The position numbers and the translations under genes are program-made. A stretch of 64,000 nt of DNA. Source: Octopus bimaculoides. Its lineage: Eukaryota. The notes beneath the pieces were generated by a model. That model was not told the DNA's origin and ran no database searches. It was given only the letters and a program-made list of their open reading frames with translations. The DNA lies in the NCBI RefSeq assembly GCF_001194135.2, contig NC_068984.1, forward strand, positions 46,792,310 through 46,856,309, written 5' to 3'. Every line of letters begins with the position of its first letter. Position 1 is the stretch's first letter. Positions 1 to 13,269 of the stretch are shown here, in pieces.

Positions 1-253
1 ATTATAGTAGGTGCCTTAGGTATAATAAAAAAATATTGAGACAAATACATAACAAAAACACCAGGACTTACAAATACATATAACATATAGAAAATTGCAC
101 TACTGGGTACTGCACACATCCTACGCAAAATACTTTCAATACAGTAACCATAAGAGCACCACAGCAAACCACAGCACGTACCCAAGGCGCACAGAGCTGC
201 GCTCGGTAGTGAAGTGAAAGCACGTTATAAAAATAAAACTTCTGAACAACAAC

Positions 254-306
<53 letters not shown>

Positions 307-315
307 CAACAACAA

Positions 316-620
316 TATCTGGGGACGAAATAGGAGAGTTATGGCGCATGAGGAAAAGTAATGGTGACACCGGTAGTAAATGGAGCATTAGAAGCAGTTT
401 CCAAGGGCTTTGAAAAAACACATTAAGAACACTGGAGCCGGTGTCAGGCTTGAGGCGATCCAGAAGACAACATGGTTGGGTACAGCATGCATTCTAAGGT
501 GATAAATGTCTCTTTGGGTCAGAGGAGAAAGCATTACTTGAAAGCTTTGCGGATTTGTTATTGCCTGCTTTCAAGTAAAGAATAACCGATAATTGAGAAC
601 TATCCAAGAGTCTTTTGTAA
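316..620 (+). mobile_element. 3' end of R4/Dong-like (REL-endonuclease) non-LTR retrotransposon, 5'-truncated, decayed
   Basis: Translation across a frameshift gives DEIGELWRMRK-VMVTPVVNGALEAVSKGF-KHIKNTGAGVRLEAIQKTTWLGTACILR, the typical REL-LINE C-terminus (P.V.GALG...LQK..LLGTA.ILR). Preceded directly by (AAT/AAC)n at 246-315 and followed by a triplet tract. Confidence 0.75.
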
Positions 621-623
621 CAG

Positions 624-696
624 ACAACATACTACAACTACTACTACTACTACTACTGATGATGATGATGATGATGATGATGATGGTGATGATAAC

Positions 697-777
<81 letters not shown>

Positions 778-780
778 AAG

Positions 781-851
<71 letters not shown>

Positions 852-868
852 AAACAACAACAACAACT
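624..868. repeat. Compound trinucleotide microsatellite (CTA)n-(GAT)n-(AAT)n-(AAG)n-(AAC)n
   Basis: Read directly from the sequence; it explains the poly-L/M/I/R/T ORFs at 571-937. Confidence 0.97.
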
Positions 869-994
869 GGCAGCATCATTAGCACTCGGAACAAATTGCT
901 TTGTGGCATTTCATCCGTCTATTTGTCCCCGCCGTGACCGACATCACATCCTTTGGGAATCTATAAAATAATAGTAGTGAAAGTAATAGCAATC

Positions 995-1278
995 GCACGC
1001 GTGACTGTGTAGCAAGAAAATTGGTTCCAAACAACATGGTTTGGGATTCAGTCTCACTGCCTGGCACCTTGAACATGTCTTCTCTTATAACCTCGTGACG
1101 ACCACTTGATAACCGGTGTCTGCATGCCCATAACTTAGCAGTTTGGCAACAGAGACCGAGAGAATAAGAATCACGCTTAAAAAAAGATTTACTGGGATCG
1201 ATTCGTTCGACTCAAAAACTCAAGGTGGTACCCCAGCATGGCTGCAGTCTATTAACTGAATCAAGTAAAAGATATAAG
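995..1278 (+). mobile_element. tRNA-derived SINE family A, internally deleted copy
   Basis: Head (gtgactgtgtagcaagaaa...ggattcagtctcactgcctggcacctt) and 3' half (aacttagcagtttggcaac...ccagcatggctgcagtc...aagtaaaaga) match the fuller copy at 62832-63225. Confidence 0.8.
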
Positions 1279-1766
1279 TGAATAAGTAATATAGTCGATG
1301 CTATCGTTTATCCAGTCCCAGATAGTTCAGGCTTGGTGCCTCAGTCAGAAACACTTAATGGTTATCATTATAAGAAATGACACTTTGGGGAGTAGAAATG
1401 ATACAGGAGATGTTTAAATGTTTTCTGATCTTGATTGCAGCAATTTGCCATTTATTTTCATGTCATGTCTTCTGCGATTTTGTTTCACATCAATATGAGA
1501 CCGATAAAATATATACCGTTGAAATGCATGCCTATTATTGCATACAGTACATTCAACCTTTATTTTTTCTGGTCTTATGCTTTTATTTCATGTCATTATT
1601 ATTTAACATAATATTTCAGACGGTCACCTAATATCTCATATAACTGATTGGCAATATCAACAAAAACTGTATCATGGGAAATCATGGTACCTTTAATTAT
1701 TGTGATAGTTGGTCTTATAACAATTACAAATCAATTATGAATCATTTCTTGTGTGTTGCTAGATGT

Positions 1767-1790
1767 TGCTGCTGCTGCTACTACTACTGG

Positions 1791-1845
<55 letters not shown>

Positions 1846-1846
1846 G

Positions 1847-1884
<38 letters not shown>

Positions 1885-1895
1885 TCTACTACTGC
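1767..1895. repeat. Compound microsatellite (TGC)n-(TAC)n-(TGC)n
   Basis: Read directly from the sequence. Confidence 0.95.
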
Positions 1896-2549
1896 TAATT
1901 ACAGCAGCAATATAATGTTAGTAATAGTAATAGTAATATTGTTTTCCTTTTCCCTCTATTTGCCACAGGGGAATCAAATGAAGGGATATTGCAAAAACAG
2001 TTTGCCATTTGCATGGGGTGCGGTAGAGTGGTAGGTTCCACAGGCATGACGCAAAAGAAAGTGTAAGGAGGGCGAAATGAGATAAAAGTGTTTAAAATTA
2101 ACAAAATATGAGAACACATGAACGATGCAGTCTGTCCTCTTTATACGAGAAAAACGTCAACTAGGGCCAATAATGGAAGCCCGCAGATTCAGCATCAATC
2201 TGACCGCCAAAGGCACGAACATTTTCCCAGCTGTTGCCTTCTAATCAACACGCACATGCTTAGAGTTTGTATATTTATCCTAACCCTTTTCCCCACATTC
2301 ACCCATTTTACACATATTTACTGGGGAGCTTTTCCCCTCATCAACGTCACTTTCCTTTTGCAAGTGGAATTAGCTATGTCGATGGTGGATTGGCTGAAGA
2401 GGAAAATGTATTTTAGTCCAAAATGGCGACCAACAATAATTTTTCTCTGTAATTGGCTTGACGAATTGTTGAGATATTTTCTTAACACGAACCTTAATAC
2501 ACAAATAAAGAATTTTTATCCACCAATGCGGTGTCGATCACTCGTTTTT

Positions 2550-2935
2550 ATTGGCTGTGTGGTAAGAAGATTCTTCCCAATCCACATGGTTTTCTCTCGA
2601 GTCCCACAGCGTGGCAGCTTGAGTGAGTGTCTTCTAATATAGTCACATGCTGACTAAAGACAGGCGAATGAAATTTGATAGACGGAAACTGAAAGAAGCC
2701 CACCGTATACATATACGTATATATTACTATTTGTGTTTGTTATTGTCCCACAGCCACCACCACCACCATTTAACAACCAATGTTGGTGTGATTGTGTTCC
2801 CGTAACTTAGCGATTCGCAAAAGAATCCGATAGAATAGGAACCAGTCATAAAAAATGTATACTGCGGTTCATTCATTCGACTATAAATTCAAGGCGGTGC
2901 CCCAACAGTTTAATGACTGAAACAAGTAAAAGGTA
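2550..2935 (+). mobile_element. tRNA-derived SINE family A
   Basis: tggctgtgtggtaagaag head, tagacggaaactgaaagaagccc motif, central TA-rich linker, and 3' half ending tgactgaaacaagtaaaa. Confidence 0.85.
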
Positions 2936-3074
2936 CATGGTAAGAGACAAGAGATATAGATAAAGATACAACATGTGCATAGAGAATATTTAATACATAC
3001 CTTACAAATATTATATTCTAAGGCTTCAAATATCTCAAGACACGCTCACAAGATACTTTACGGAATGTATATAA

Positions 3075-3290
3075 TAATTTCTACTGAAGGCACAAGGTCT
3101 GAAATTTGAGGGAAGGAGACTAGTCGATTACAACGCCCACAGTTTTTCACTGGTACTTAGTTTATCGATCTCCGAAGGATGAAAAGCAAAGTCAACCTCG
3201 GCAGAATTTGAATCCAGAACATAGCGACGGGCGAAATACCACTAATCATTTCGCCAGGCGTGTTAGCAATTCTGCCAGCACGCCACCTTC
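3075..3290 (-). mobile_element. tRNA-derived SINE family B (Deu/Nin-domain-like)
   Basis: Reverse complement of the 19238-19468 type: ggcagaattg..aacacgcc head and tttcatccttcggagatcgataaactaagtaccag core. Confidence 0.8.
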
Positions 3291-3309
3291 GGAACGTACA
3301 TGATAACAA

Positions 3310-3470
3310 TAATTCTTTGAAACTTTGGCACATGCTCCACTGAATTTTAGGAGTGTAGAAAGTCGATTACATGAGCCCCAGTCATCAACTGGTACTTTTT
3401 TTTTTATCAACCCTGCAATGATGAATGATATATCGAATACGATGACATTTGAACTCAGAATAAATATGTG
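3310..3470 (-). mobile_element. Older SINE family B fragment, tandem to the previous copy
   Basis: gtcgattac..ccccagtcatcaactggtactt...atttgaactcagaa matches the family B core. Confidence 0.6.
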
Positions 3471-3575
3471 TCTGTCTCCGTTGCGGTAACGCGGCTGCCA
3501 TGTCACATTTTAGTTACTGTTATTGTATAACAGTTTGTTTCACTACTACAATCGTATTACACACAGAACGCATTG

Positions 3576-3576
<1 letters not shown>

Positions 3577-3637
<61 letters not shown>

Positions 3638-3740
3638 GTCTGTCTGTCTGTCTGTCTGTCTGCATGTATGTCTGTTTGTCAGTCTATCTATCTGTCGATC
3701 TATCTATTGATACATACATACATACATACATACATACATA
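3577..3740. repeat. Compound tetranucleotide microsatellite (TATC)n-(TGTC)n-(TACA)n
   Basis: Read directly from the sequence. Confidence 0.95.
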
Positions 3741-3877
3741 CTGTTATATCCCTACGCCTCCAATATTGAGGTACGGTAGCTAAAGAGTACAGTGTAACAG
3801 TGTTATAACAATACACAATAGGAACAACGGCAGTAACGAACGCACAACGTACCAACAATCTTTTACGAACCAAAAAC

Positions 3878-4290
3878 CCAGAAGTTCGTCCCATTATCTG
3901 AAACTAACGCGTCTGGAAAACCGCATTGCGTAAACAATTCCTATAGGAACTTTATAGTTGTCTTAGCGGTTGGTTTATTGGACCTGCATACCTCTGGCCA
4001 CTTTGTACAGCTGTCTACTACGATTAGATTGTAAGCAGCATTCACCAGACCTAGACAATATGTTCTCAGTCTCCGGCCACGATTGATATTTTACCAGACG
4101 AGCTTAGGCAGCGAGCGTGTAACCTCGACAGGTTCTCACCAAATTTTCAATATATCGGTCCATAGTCGACAAATAGACGTAGCTCCGCATCAGAGCTTTC
4201 ATATATATATATGTATGTATATTCTTTTCACCTTTTTGTATTTCTTTGCTGGTTCCACTAAGAGGTAATGACCAGCATCTTCTCTGTTGC
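3878..4290 (-). mobile_element. Gypsy/Ty3 LTR-retrotransposon integrase fragment (pseudogenised)
   Basis: Minus-strand translation MKALMRSYVYLSTMDRYIENLVRTCRGYTLAA*...WPETENILSR / VNAAYNLIVVDSCTKWPEVCRSNKPTAKTTIKFL*ELFTQCGFPDALVSDNGTNF. This covers the zinc-binding region and the second catalytic Asp (SDNG) of the DDE core, with stops, a deletion and a frameshift. Confidence 0.9.
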
Positions 4291-4565
4291 TGTCACAGGT
4301 TTTTAAAATATTTTAATGAAGTCAAAATTTTAAATTTTCGTATAGTGAAGTAATTTTTAACGTTGAATCTAATGTCATTATTTTCTTGTTCCAGAAAAAA
4401 AAATTGAAAATTGTGACAAAAGTTCAATAATTTTTATCCAATCAGTAAATAGGATTTGGAAACTGGCATTTTGCGCGTGACAGCTGTCTAGCACAGCAAT
4501 ACCAATAAATACACAGACACAAACGCACACACTTTACTTTTCGTCGGGTAGTTGTGAGCAATGTG

Positions 4566-4599
<34 letters not shown>

Positions 4600-4925
4600 N
4601 NNNNNNNNNNNNNNNNNNNNNNNNNNNNNNNNNNNNNNNNNNNNNNNNNNNNNNNNNNNNNNNNNNNNNNNNNNNNNNNNNNNNNNNNNNNNNNNNNNNN
4701 NNNNNNNNNNNNNNNNNNNNNNNNNNNNNNNNNNNNNNNNNNNNNNNNNNNNNNNNNNNNNNNNNNNNNNNNNNNNNNNNNNNNNNNNNNNNNNNNNNNN
4801 NNNNNNNNNNNNNNNNNNNNNNNNNNNNNNNNNNNNNNNNNNNNNNNNNNNNNNNNNNNNNNNNNNNNNNNNNNNNNNNNNNNNNNNNNNNNNNNNNNNN
4901 NNNNNNNNNNNNNNNNNNNNNNNNN

Positions 4926-4959
<34 letters not shown>

Positions 4960-5080
4960 CATGTAAAAAGCTTCCAGTATATTCAATGATCGTTTATATT
5001 ATATCGCATACGTATATTTCTGTACAGGTTGACAGAATCAAGAGTTAGCTACAGCAACAATAGCTGCTAATAGAACAATT

Positions 5081-5151
5081 CTTCTTCTTCTTCTTCTTCT
5101 TCTTCTTCTTCTTCTTCTTCTTCTTCTCCTCAATATTATTATTATTATTAT

Positions 5152-5204
<53 letters not shown>

Positions 5205-5270
5205 ATAGTAGTAGTAGTAGTAGTAGTAGTAATACTTGTTGTCACTGTTGCTGTTGTTGATGGTGTTACT
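5081..5270. repeat. Compound microsatellite (TTC)n-(TTA)n-(GTA)n-(GTT/GCT)n
   Basis: Read directly from the sequence. Confidence 0.95.
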
Positions 5271-6169
5271 GCTGTAGTATTCCTTGCAAGAGTTTTACTG
5301 ATTTTTAGTCACATTTTTTTTTTTTTTGCTTGCTACTTCAGATATTATCTTCAGTCGATGAAGACACTAGAAATGTTCACAATCTTTAAATAATAACAAT
5401 AATAATAAAAAATGTAGAAATTATCCCCATTGTTGTCATGCGATAATGCAGATATTTCAATTATTTCCTTATATTTCCTTTTGAGTGAAGTATTATGAAT
5501 TTCAGCAAAACCTTAAAAAAGTCAAAATAGCTTTGTATATAAATTTTTGAGAGGTAGCATGAACTGCACTCACATTGAGCTACTCGAATGAAAAACCTGC
5601 ATTTTGCTGTGTGACAAATATTATATTAATATGGCAATGAGTAAAATCGGTGACAGTTATACATAGTTATGAGCATTTTCATTAATCCACTCCCTGCTTT
5701 TCTTTCTATTGCTCTCTCTGTATCTATCTCTGTCTCTTTCTCTCTTCCTCTTAAATGATCCAGGTAAATACAATCGATAAGTTGTTGCTTGTTAAGATGT
5801 TTTGTTGTTTAGTATGCATAATCGTTCTATGGTTTTATTCTTGGGTTAATGTAGAAAATGTGGCAAATACGATCTTATTAAACACTTCTTCATTAAATTA
5901 TTTCATTCCCGCCGCTAAATTATGTACTGAAACGCATACATATAAATTGGTGAATGTAAGTCACACTCTCTCACACTTCGTCGTTTTCGTACTATCTTTG
6001 TGTCTTCACTTTTCTCGTTTTCTGTGAAATATAGACACTGTTAATGAAGTAAAAAGGATGTATATTGAGCACACTAGCGTAACATCATTTAAACTTTATC
6101 CAAGCATAGCAGTGAGGTAAGAAGTTTGTTTCCCACCCATATGGTTACGGAGTCAGTCGCACTGCGTGG

Positions 6170-6209
<40 letters not shown>

Positions 6210-6236
6210 CATACACACACACACACACATACACAC

Positions 6237-6267
<31 letters not shown>

Positions 6268-6635
6268 TGTATATATATATATATNNNNNNNNNNNNNNNN
6301 NNNNNNNNNNNNNNNNNNNNNNNNNNNNNNNNNNNNNNNNNNNNNNNNNNNNNNNNNNNNNNNNNNNNNNNNNNNNNNNNNNNNNNNNNNNNNNNNNNNN
6401 NNNNNNNNNNNNNNNNNNNNNNNNNNNNNNNNNNNNNNNNNNNNNNNNNNNNNNNNNNNNNNNNNNNNNNNNNNNNNNNNNNNNNNNNNNNNNNNNNNNN
6501 NNNNNNNNNNNNNNNNNNNNNNNNNNNNNNNNNNNNNNNNNNNNNNNNNNNNNNNNNNNNNNNNNNNNNNNNNNNNNNNNNNNNNNNNNNNNNNNNNNNN
6601 NNNNNNNNNNNNNNNNNNNNNNNNNNNNNNNNNNN

Positions 6636-6670
<35 letters not shown>

Positions 6671-7224
6671 CTTGTGCGCTCACACGCCTCGGAACGTGAA
6701 GATAGACGAAATTATGCTAACCGTGCTCGCCGGGCTATTGATTCTGCCAACTCACGGCCTTACTTGTAATAAATATTGTTCATCATAAGAACATAAAGAA
6801 AACATTGCGAATGTCAATGAAACCGAAAATCTGCGTGGCATCTAGAAAGCAGAGCAAACATGTAAAACCATTTCTCCAGCATACAGAGGATGTTTCTGCC
6901 ATGCACAAACGTGATATTTTTTTCATAAAATCTCTAGCCATTTATTTGGTTCATTTTCAGAATTACTAGAGTTTCTTTTCCCTCTCTTCTAAATAACGAT
7001 AGCTATGTTAGCATTACGACACGGAGTGTGCCTCCACCTGCGCTGCCTGTTTCTTTTATTAAATAGGTCACTTGTGCACACTTAAAACTGTTCCCCAAAT
7101 GTACTCTTTTCTTCTCCATTAGTCTCCTCACCTCAAATACACAAATGTCCATTGATTGAAACCAATAAGAGCACTGACCCTGTCTATATTCCATTTATTG
7201 TCGTTAAATATTTCGAATGTTTTC

Positions 7225-7313
7225 CTCTATTCTCACCAAACTTTTTTCTCTATTCTCACCAAACTTTTTTCTCTATTCTCACCAAACTTTTTTCTCTATT
7301 CTCACCAAACTTT
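7225..7313. repeat. 23-bp minisatellite x4 (CTCTATTCTCACCAAACTTTTTT)
   Basis: Units start at 7225, 7248, 7271 and 7294; the units are essentially identical and the last is truncated. Confidence 0.95.
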
Positions 7314-7796
7314 CAATCTCTCACTTTCCAGCCTAGGGTTTAAAACGATGCTTCTCATTCGAATAAAATGCAAACGCTTTTGACCCATTTACTTATCGTC
7401 CTGCACCATTCCTTTTTGACATCCTAAACTAATTCAGGGGGATCTATTAACATTGATGATTTTAAACACCATAAAGTTCTCACAGTGACCCTCTGTCTTC
7501 TGGGATATTCTTCCTGGTCCTGTTTTCTCTACAAAAACGACACAAACGAGAACAGCCTAAACGGAACATTAACTCATTCTATGAGCTGACAGAGGTCATG
7601 AGTATTCCTGGTTTCTGAAAGTTCTGAAAGAAAGCTAAAAATACAAATGCATATATATGCACACATACATACATACATACATGCATGCATGCATTCATAC
7701 ATACACACGTACATAGAAACATATGTATATTTAATCGTATACTGTTTATATATTTTAATATATATATATACATACGTATATACGTGTGTATGTCTG

Positions 7797-8102
7797 TATA
7801 TGTGGTTAGGGCAGCGGACTCGCGGTCGGAGGATTGCGGTTTCGATTCCCAGATCGGTCGTTGTGTGTGTGTTTATTGAGTGAAAACACCTAAAGCTCCA
7901 CGTGGCTCCGGCAGGGGGTGGTGGCGACCCCTGTTGTACTCTTGCATCCCAACTTTCTCTCACTCTTTCTTCCTGTTTCTTGAGTAAAGCTGCGATGGAC
8001 TGGCGTCCAGTCCAGCTGGGGAGGGGGAACACATACGCCACAGAAACCGGGAAACCGGGTCCATTAGCCTGGTTAGGCGTTAAAAGGGCGCATAAATAAA
8101 AA
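7797..8102 (+). mobile_element. tRNA-derived SINE with V-domain-like core
   Basis: A-box/B-box head (gtggttagggcagcgg...ggtttcgattccc), ctgcgatggactggcgtccagtccag and gccacagaaaccggg motifs characteristic of V-SINEs, and an A-rich tail aaataaaaa. Confidence 0.75.
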
Positions 8103-9339
8103 TGTATGTATATATAGTTCTGTGGTTTGGACCCTATGAGTGGGTTGGTTTTCCATTTCAAAAATTCTTGCTAATATCGTCTAATGGCATTCGTATAGAA
8201 AAGATCTTAGTAATTTAATTCATTCCTAATTTCATTTCTCTTATTTTTTGCAATAAGATTCGAAAAGAGGTGTGCTGCTTCGATATATTCGATACTAGAG
8301 TAAATAATATAGTGCAATTATACATGGAGTTTAACCTGTGTTGTTATTCTAAATATAAATATGATTGAAAGGAAATATGTAACTAATTTCTGGTTGGCAG
8401 GCGTTATGTAATATAATGCTTAACACTGTCACCTAATGAGTGATTTGTGAACTGTTCGCGTCTTGTTATTGTATCTGTTTCTCGTTCCTGTCTCACCTTG
8501 GTTCGTTTAATCACTAATATCTTTATAATTTCATCTGCTGTTTTTTTTTGTTTTGTTTTTTTTCACGATTCTCATTCGAGAAACAGGGGCACGAACTCTC
8601 TTCTATCTTTCTGCATTAGATTCTCAGGTTTGTCCTGTCACAGATGTTAGCAATTATAATTACACTTGAAAATTTGAGCATTTAATCATTTCATATCATT
8701 TACATTTGCCCAGCATTTAATTATTGGGTGTTTATTTGGTAATATTGCATGTTTTTAAATATAGTTTTTCAGTAGAAGATTTATATCCTTCAGACTTATC
8801 AAATTCATTTCTGTCACGTGAGCATGTCATTATCTTCATGTTCTGTTGATTTATTACATTTCATCGTGGTTCTTTTATCAATTTCGTGGTATTATATTTC
8901 TTGCTCTTTGCAGCTAGTGTGAATGTTGTCTAAAGTAAACCAGTAACGTAAGTTTTCTTTTTCTTTAAATGTACCTTCTAACGTTGGGTAACTTTTACCT
9001 TTCCTGAATTATTTTATATTGAAAATGTCTTCACACGAAAAATTCTAAGTCATTTTGTTGAGGCTGTGTTCCGAGTGTAGTTAATACACGTAATCTCGAC
9101 TATTTTCTATTTAGAAGAAAATTATCAGAATATGTGTTGCTGATTCACAGATTTGTTAGAGTAGAATACAACTGATCACCTCACCCAACATATCTAACTT
9201 GCCCATATATTAAAAATACACAATACTACATGTTTTTCTTAGCGTGATTTGACCGTGCGATATCGAATGGAAATGCTGAATGCTTTTAAAACTAGATCAG
9301 CAGTTAAATGTATACCCATGCCTATATATATACAAAAAG

Positions 9340-9720
9340 TATGTGACTGTGTTGTAAGAAGCTTGCTTTCCACCTACATAGTTCCGTGTTCAGTCCCACT
9401 AGGTGGAACCTTGGGCAAGTGTTTCCTGCTGTAGACTCAGGCCGACCAAAGCCTTATGAGTGGATTTGTTAAACGGAAACTGAAAAAAGCCCGTTGTATA
9501 TGTATATAAATGCGCGTGTGTGTATGTTTCCGTTTGTGTCTGTGGTTGTACCCTCCAACATCACTTTACAAGTGATGTTAGTGAGTTTACCTCTCCGGCA
9601 AAACAAAAAAAAACAAAAAAAAAACACCGATAGAATTACAAGGAATAAGTTCTGGGATCGATTGTCTGAGTAAAAACTCCTTAATGTGGTACTCGACATT
9701 GAAATAACTGAAAAAGTAAA
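9340..9720 (+). mobile_element. tRNA-derived SINE family A
   Basis: gtgactgtgttgtaagaagcttgc...accttgggcaagtg...ggccgaccaaagcctt...aacggaaactgaaaaaagcccg plus the 3' half. Confidence 0.85.
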
Positions 9721-11834
9721 AGAATGTTTGTATATGCATATGTATGTATGTATGTATGTGTGTATGTATGTATGTATGTGTGTGTGTGTGTGTTATCTCT
9801 CTCTCTAAATATATATCTATATATATATATATATTTATAAATATATGAACTTTTGAAAAAGTTCTCCACCAATAATGGTGCTTTCATACCGATGGGCTTG
9901 GTAAAAATTATTAATTATTAATTGATNNNNNNNNNNNNNNNNNNNNNNNNNNNNNNNNNNNNNNNNNNNNNNNNNNNNNNNNNNNNNNNNNNNNNNNNNN
10001 NNNNNNNNNNNNNNNNNNNNNNNNNNNNNNNNNNNNNNNNNNNNNNNNNNNNNNNNNNNNNNNNNNNNNNNNNNNNNNNNNNNNNNNNNNNNNNNNNNNN
10101 NNNNNNNNNNNNNNNNNNNNNNNNNNNNNNNNNNNNNNNNNNNNNNNNNNNNNNNNNNNNNNNNNNNNNNNNNNNNNNNNNNNNNNNNNNNNNNNNNNNN
10201 NNNNNNNNNNNNNNNNNNNNNNNNNNNNNNNNNNNNNNNNNNNNNNNNNNNNNNNNNNNNNNNNNNNNNNNNNNATATATATATGTACAGAGAGAGAGAG
10301 AGGGGGGAGATTAGTGGAAGTGGTAGGGAGTCAATTAGGGAAGGCGATAAAGTAAAACGATGGAACCGGCATGCAAGCGGTAAAAATGGTTCGTTTTGTT
10401 TATATTTCATATTTTCTGTGCATGAATAGCATGCGAATTGTATACCATCGATATGTCAGCGGTGCTTTTCTTTATAGTGTCATGTTTACTTCTCTAGTTT
10501 TAAGAATTGATACATGGCTGAGACAACATTGTTGACATGATTTGATTTCCCGCCATGATTTAATAGGTATTTTTAAGTATTTAAATTCAATTCCCCGCAC
10601 GTCTGTGCTATAGTTAGCGGGAAGAGTTTTCCTTATTGTAACTGAATCAGCACAACTCTGTTCAAATATTGTCTTTAAGCTAATAAAAATTACTTCTTCT
10701 CTGCACATACTAATATTACCACAGATTCAATGCATTGCCTTAGTATAGATGTTTGTCTTCATAAATATAATCTAGTTTCGTGAACTAATATATTAGACGT
10801 TGATTAGATTTTCGTAAATCAAATTTAGTGGATATCAACATGCCAACACATTCTTCAAATGTTTCTCTAGCACTACCTATAAATTTTGCTGCTACCTCAT
10901 AATTTTATGATGACGAATTTCACGTAAATGGCAGAAACTGTAAATTAGTTTCATCAATTTTTGACGAAAGCTGAAGGTTGACACTTAGCCCGAGAGTAAA
11001 AGTAATGCCTCCTTTCCTATAAAACAGGAAATAAAATTATTCGCAAATCGTCTGTAAAAACAGTATTTACAATATATACGTAAATGTCATACTACATCCT
11101 TCGCTGCGACAATAACAAGAAGTGTAGAGAAAAAGTTGGAGCGAGAGGAACAGATTTGCGTATACTCCCATAAATCATGATTTAAGACTGCAGAAGTATA
11201 TTGTTCTATTAGATTAGCAATTTATGTATTTTGTCACTCACTTCGCACGACATAACACCAAAGAGAGTCGATAATTAGAGACGATTTTAGTGATTAATGA
11301 AACACAACCTTTACTAATAATGACGATGACATCAAGCAATCAGGTAGTGAATCGATGCACTTTGTATAATTTCATCAGCTATTCCCCAAACAGTTATGTG
11401 TCACACATAGCTAGTTTACTTGATTATAAATTAAAAGCACTCAGCATTAATTATGTGCTATGAGAAATTCTTGACTGTCCAACGCTTGATGGAAAGTTTT
11501 TTTGACGAAATTTAAATTGACGCAACACAACGATTCATAAATTTCTAGTGTTTGTAGCTTCTTTATCTACAAAATTAGGGCATAACAAACGAAGTCACTA
11601 ACCACGAAATGAGGATCATCATTATGACTGAGATTGTGGTTGCAATTGTGGTGGTGATGGTGGTAGTGGTGGTGGTGACAGTTAGAATAATGAGGAATAA
11701 TGAAAATTAAGATGCTGCTGATAAGGTTTTGGGTGACGATATTGACATGAAAGTGACTATTATAAAATTATTTAGTTTTCATTATTGCCTGATAATTCAC
11801 ATAGCATACTCTGGTGACATTTGAAGAGAAAGAA

Positions 11835-12125
11835 ATTTGAAGTGGAAAATACGCAGCTTGTGAACAACGAGGAGTGGATGCGGTAGCAATGCTGATCGAC
11901 CTGCTTGAAAGCATCAGCACTTCACTGCCGATGAGGCTCAAAAAGATTTGGGCAAATGTAAAGATAAAACACCTTCAAATATCATCTCTGCTTGGAACTG
12001 CAAGAGTTCTTAGACGCGTTGTTGAAGAATGAAAAGTAGACAAGTGTCACCTTAGTGTGCTAGCAGTGGACAGCTGACACTTTCCACCATATCCATCAAA
12101 AATAAGCGTAGAGTTTTCATGAAGC
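11835..12125 (+). mobile_element. 3' end of R4/Dong-like LINE
   Basis: NLKWKIRSL*... then LESISTSLPMRLKKIWANVKIKHLQISSLLGTARVLRRVVEE*, a short 3' UTR, and (AAT)n from 12127. Confidence 0.8.
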
Positions 12126-12126
12126 A

Positions 12127-12478
<352 letters not shown>

Positions 12479-12589
12479 TCATTTTACAATAAGCACAAAG
12501 TCTAAAATTTAGAGGGAGGGAGGTATTTGATTTTATCGACGCCAGTGCTCAATTCGTATTTCTCATGTTCTCCTTGTTTGCCACCTCAT

Positions 12590-13100
12590 CTCATTTTTTC
12601 TTCACCTGGATGTCTGGACCAAACTAGATCAAACGAAACGGCAAGCAATCAGTTTCTCTGTTAAACCGCTCAAGCTTCTGGTGCAACGACGTTTCCTTTT
12701 AAACTTTTGCTCCTGTCACCACTTCGTACACTCTCAGAGAAAAGCTGAACACGTTAGTGTGTTTGGTGTAGAGCAATTTTATAACTATACCGTTTGTCTA
12801 TGTTGAAGCAGTTGTCCTACATCCTGTTTCACGAGGGATGCTTCTCACAGTATTAGCTCAGCCCTGTCGTATGATCGATGTCCCGACAGATGTTTGTGAT
12901 GACAGTCAACAAGTATTGAATGTTATACCAGTTTAAAGCTTCCGGCTGATCTAAATTCATCAGTACCCCAACCGTGTGACAGTTCGTTTACTTACACTTT
13001 ATATAATGTACTGTAAAGGTTGAGGTGATCGTAGACAGACCTATTTGGGATGGCGCATATCTACATCTTAGCTAAGATGCTGTCTAAAGTCTTCAACTCC
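12590..13100 (-). mobile_element. Highly decayed RTE-like LINE C-terminal fragment
   Basis: Fragmentary minus-strand similarity (LKTLDSILAK; HQKLERFNRETDC) to RTE RT C-termini; many stops. Confidence 0.4.
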
Positions 13101-13269
13101 TCATCGACTCACATATTCAGTCAATTGCTCCCAGTTTCTTGCATAATTTCTTTTTCTCTACCGACAGCTGCATAAGGTCGATCTGCCGTCCACTCCGAAT
13201 ACTTAAAAAGCCGCACATGTATGCTTGGTTTCAAAATCTGACATTAAGGGAAGGGTGTTTTCAATACTA

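Noticed and set aside
68-937. ORFs with poly-I/V/L/M/R/T runs
   Set aside because: Translations of trinucleotide microsatellites; the same applies to the ORFs at 1674-2034, 12273-12512, 14769-15295, 25455-25676 and 41518-42126.
4534-5048. Long ORFs containing X runs (also near 6.1-6.8, 9.8-10.4, 44.6-45.9, 49.2-50.2, 54.4-55.4, 56.1-56.7, 57.3-58.1 and 59.3-60.1 kb)
   Set aside because: Open only because N gaps and (TA)/(CA) repeats contain no stops.
7225-7313. CRISPR-like repeat array
   Set aside because: Units are contiguous with no unique spacers; eukaryotic context; no cas genes.
7797-7860. tRNA gene
   Set aside because: A/B boxes are present but there is no acceptor stem closure; it continues into a SINE body.
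8780-9070. Possible old Penelope linker on the minus strand
   Set aside because: Similarity limited to a few residues; not distinguishable from chance by eye.
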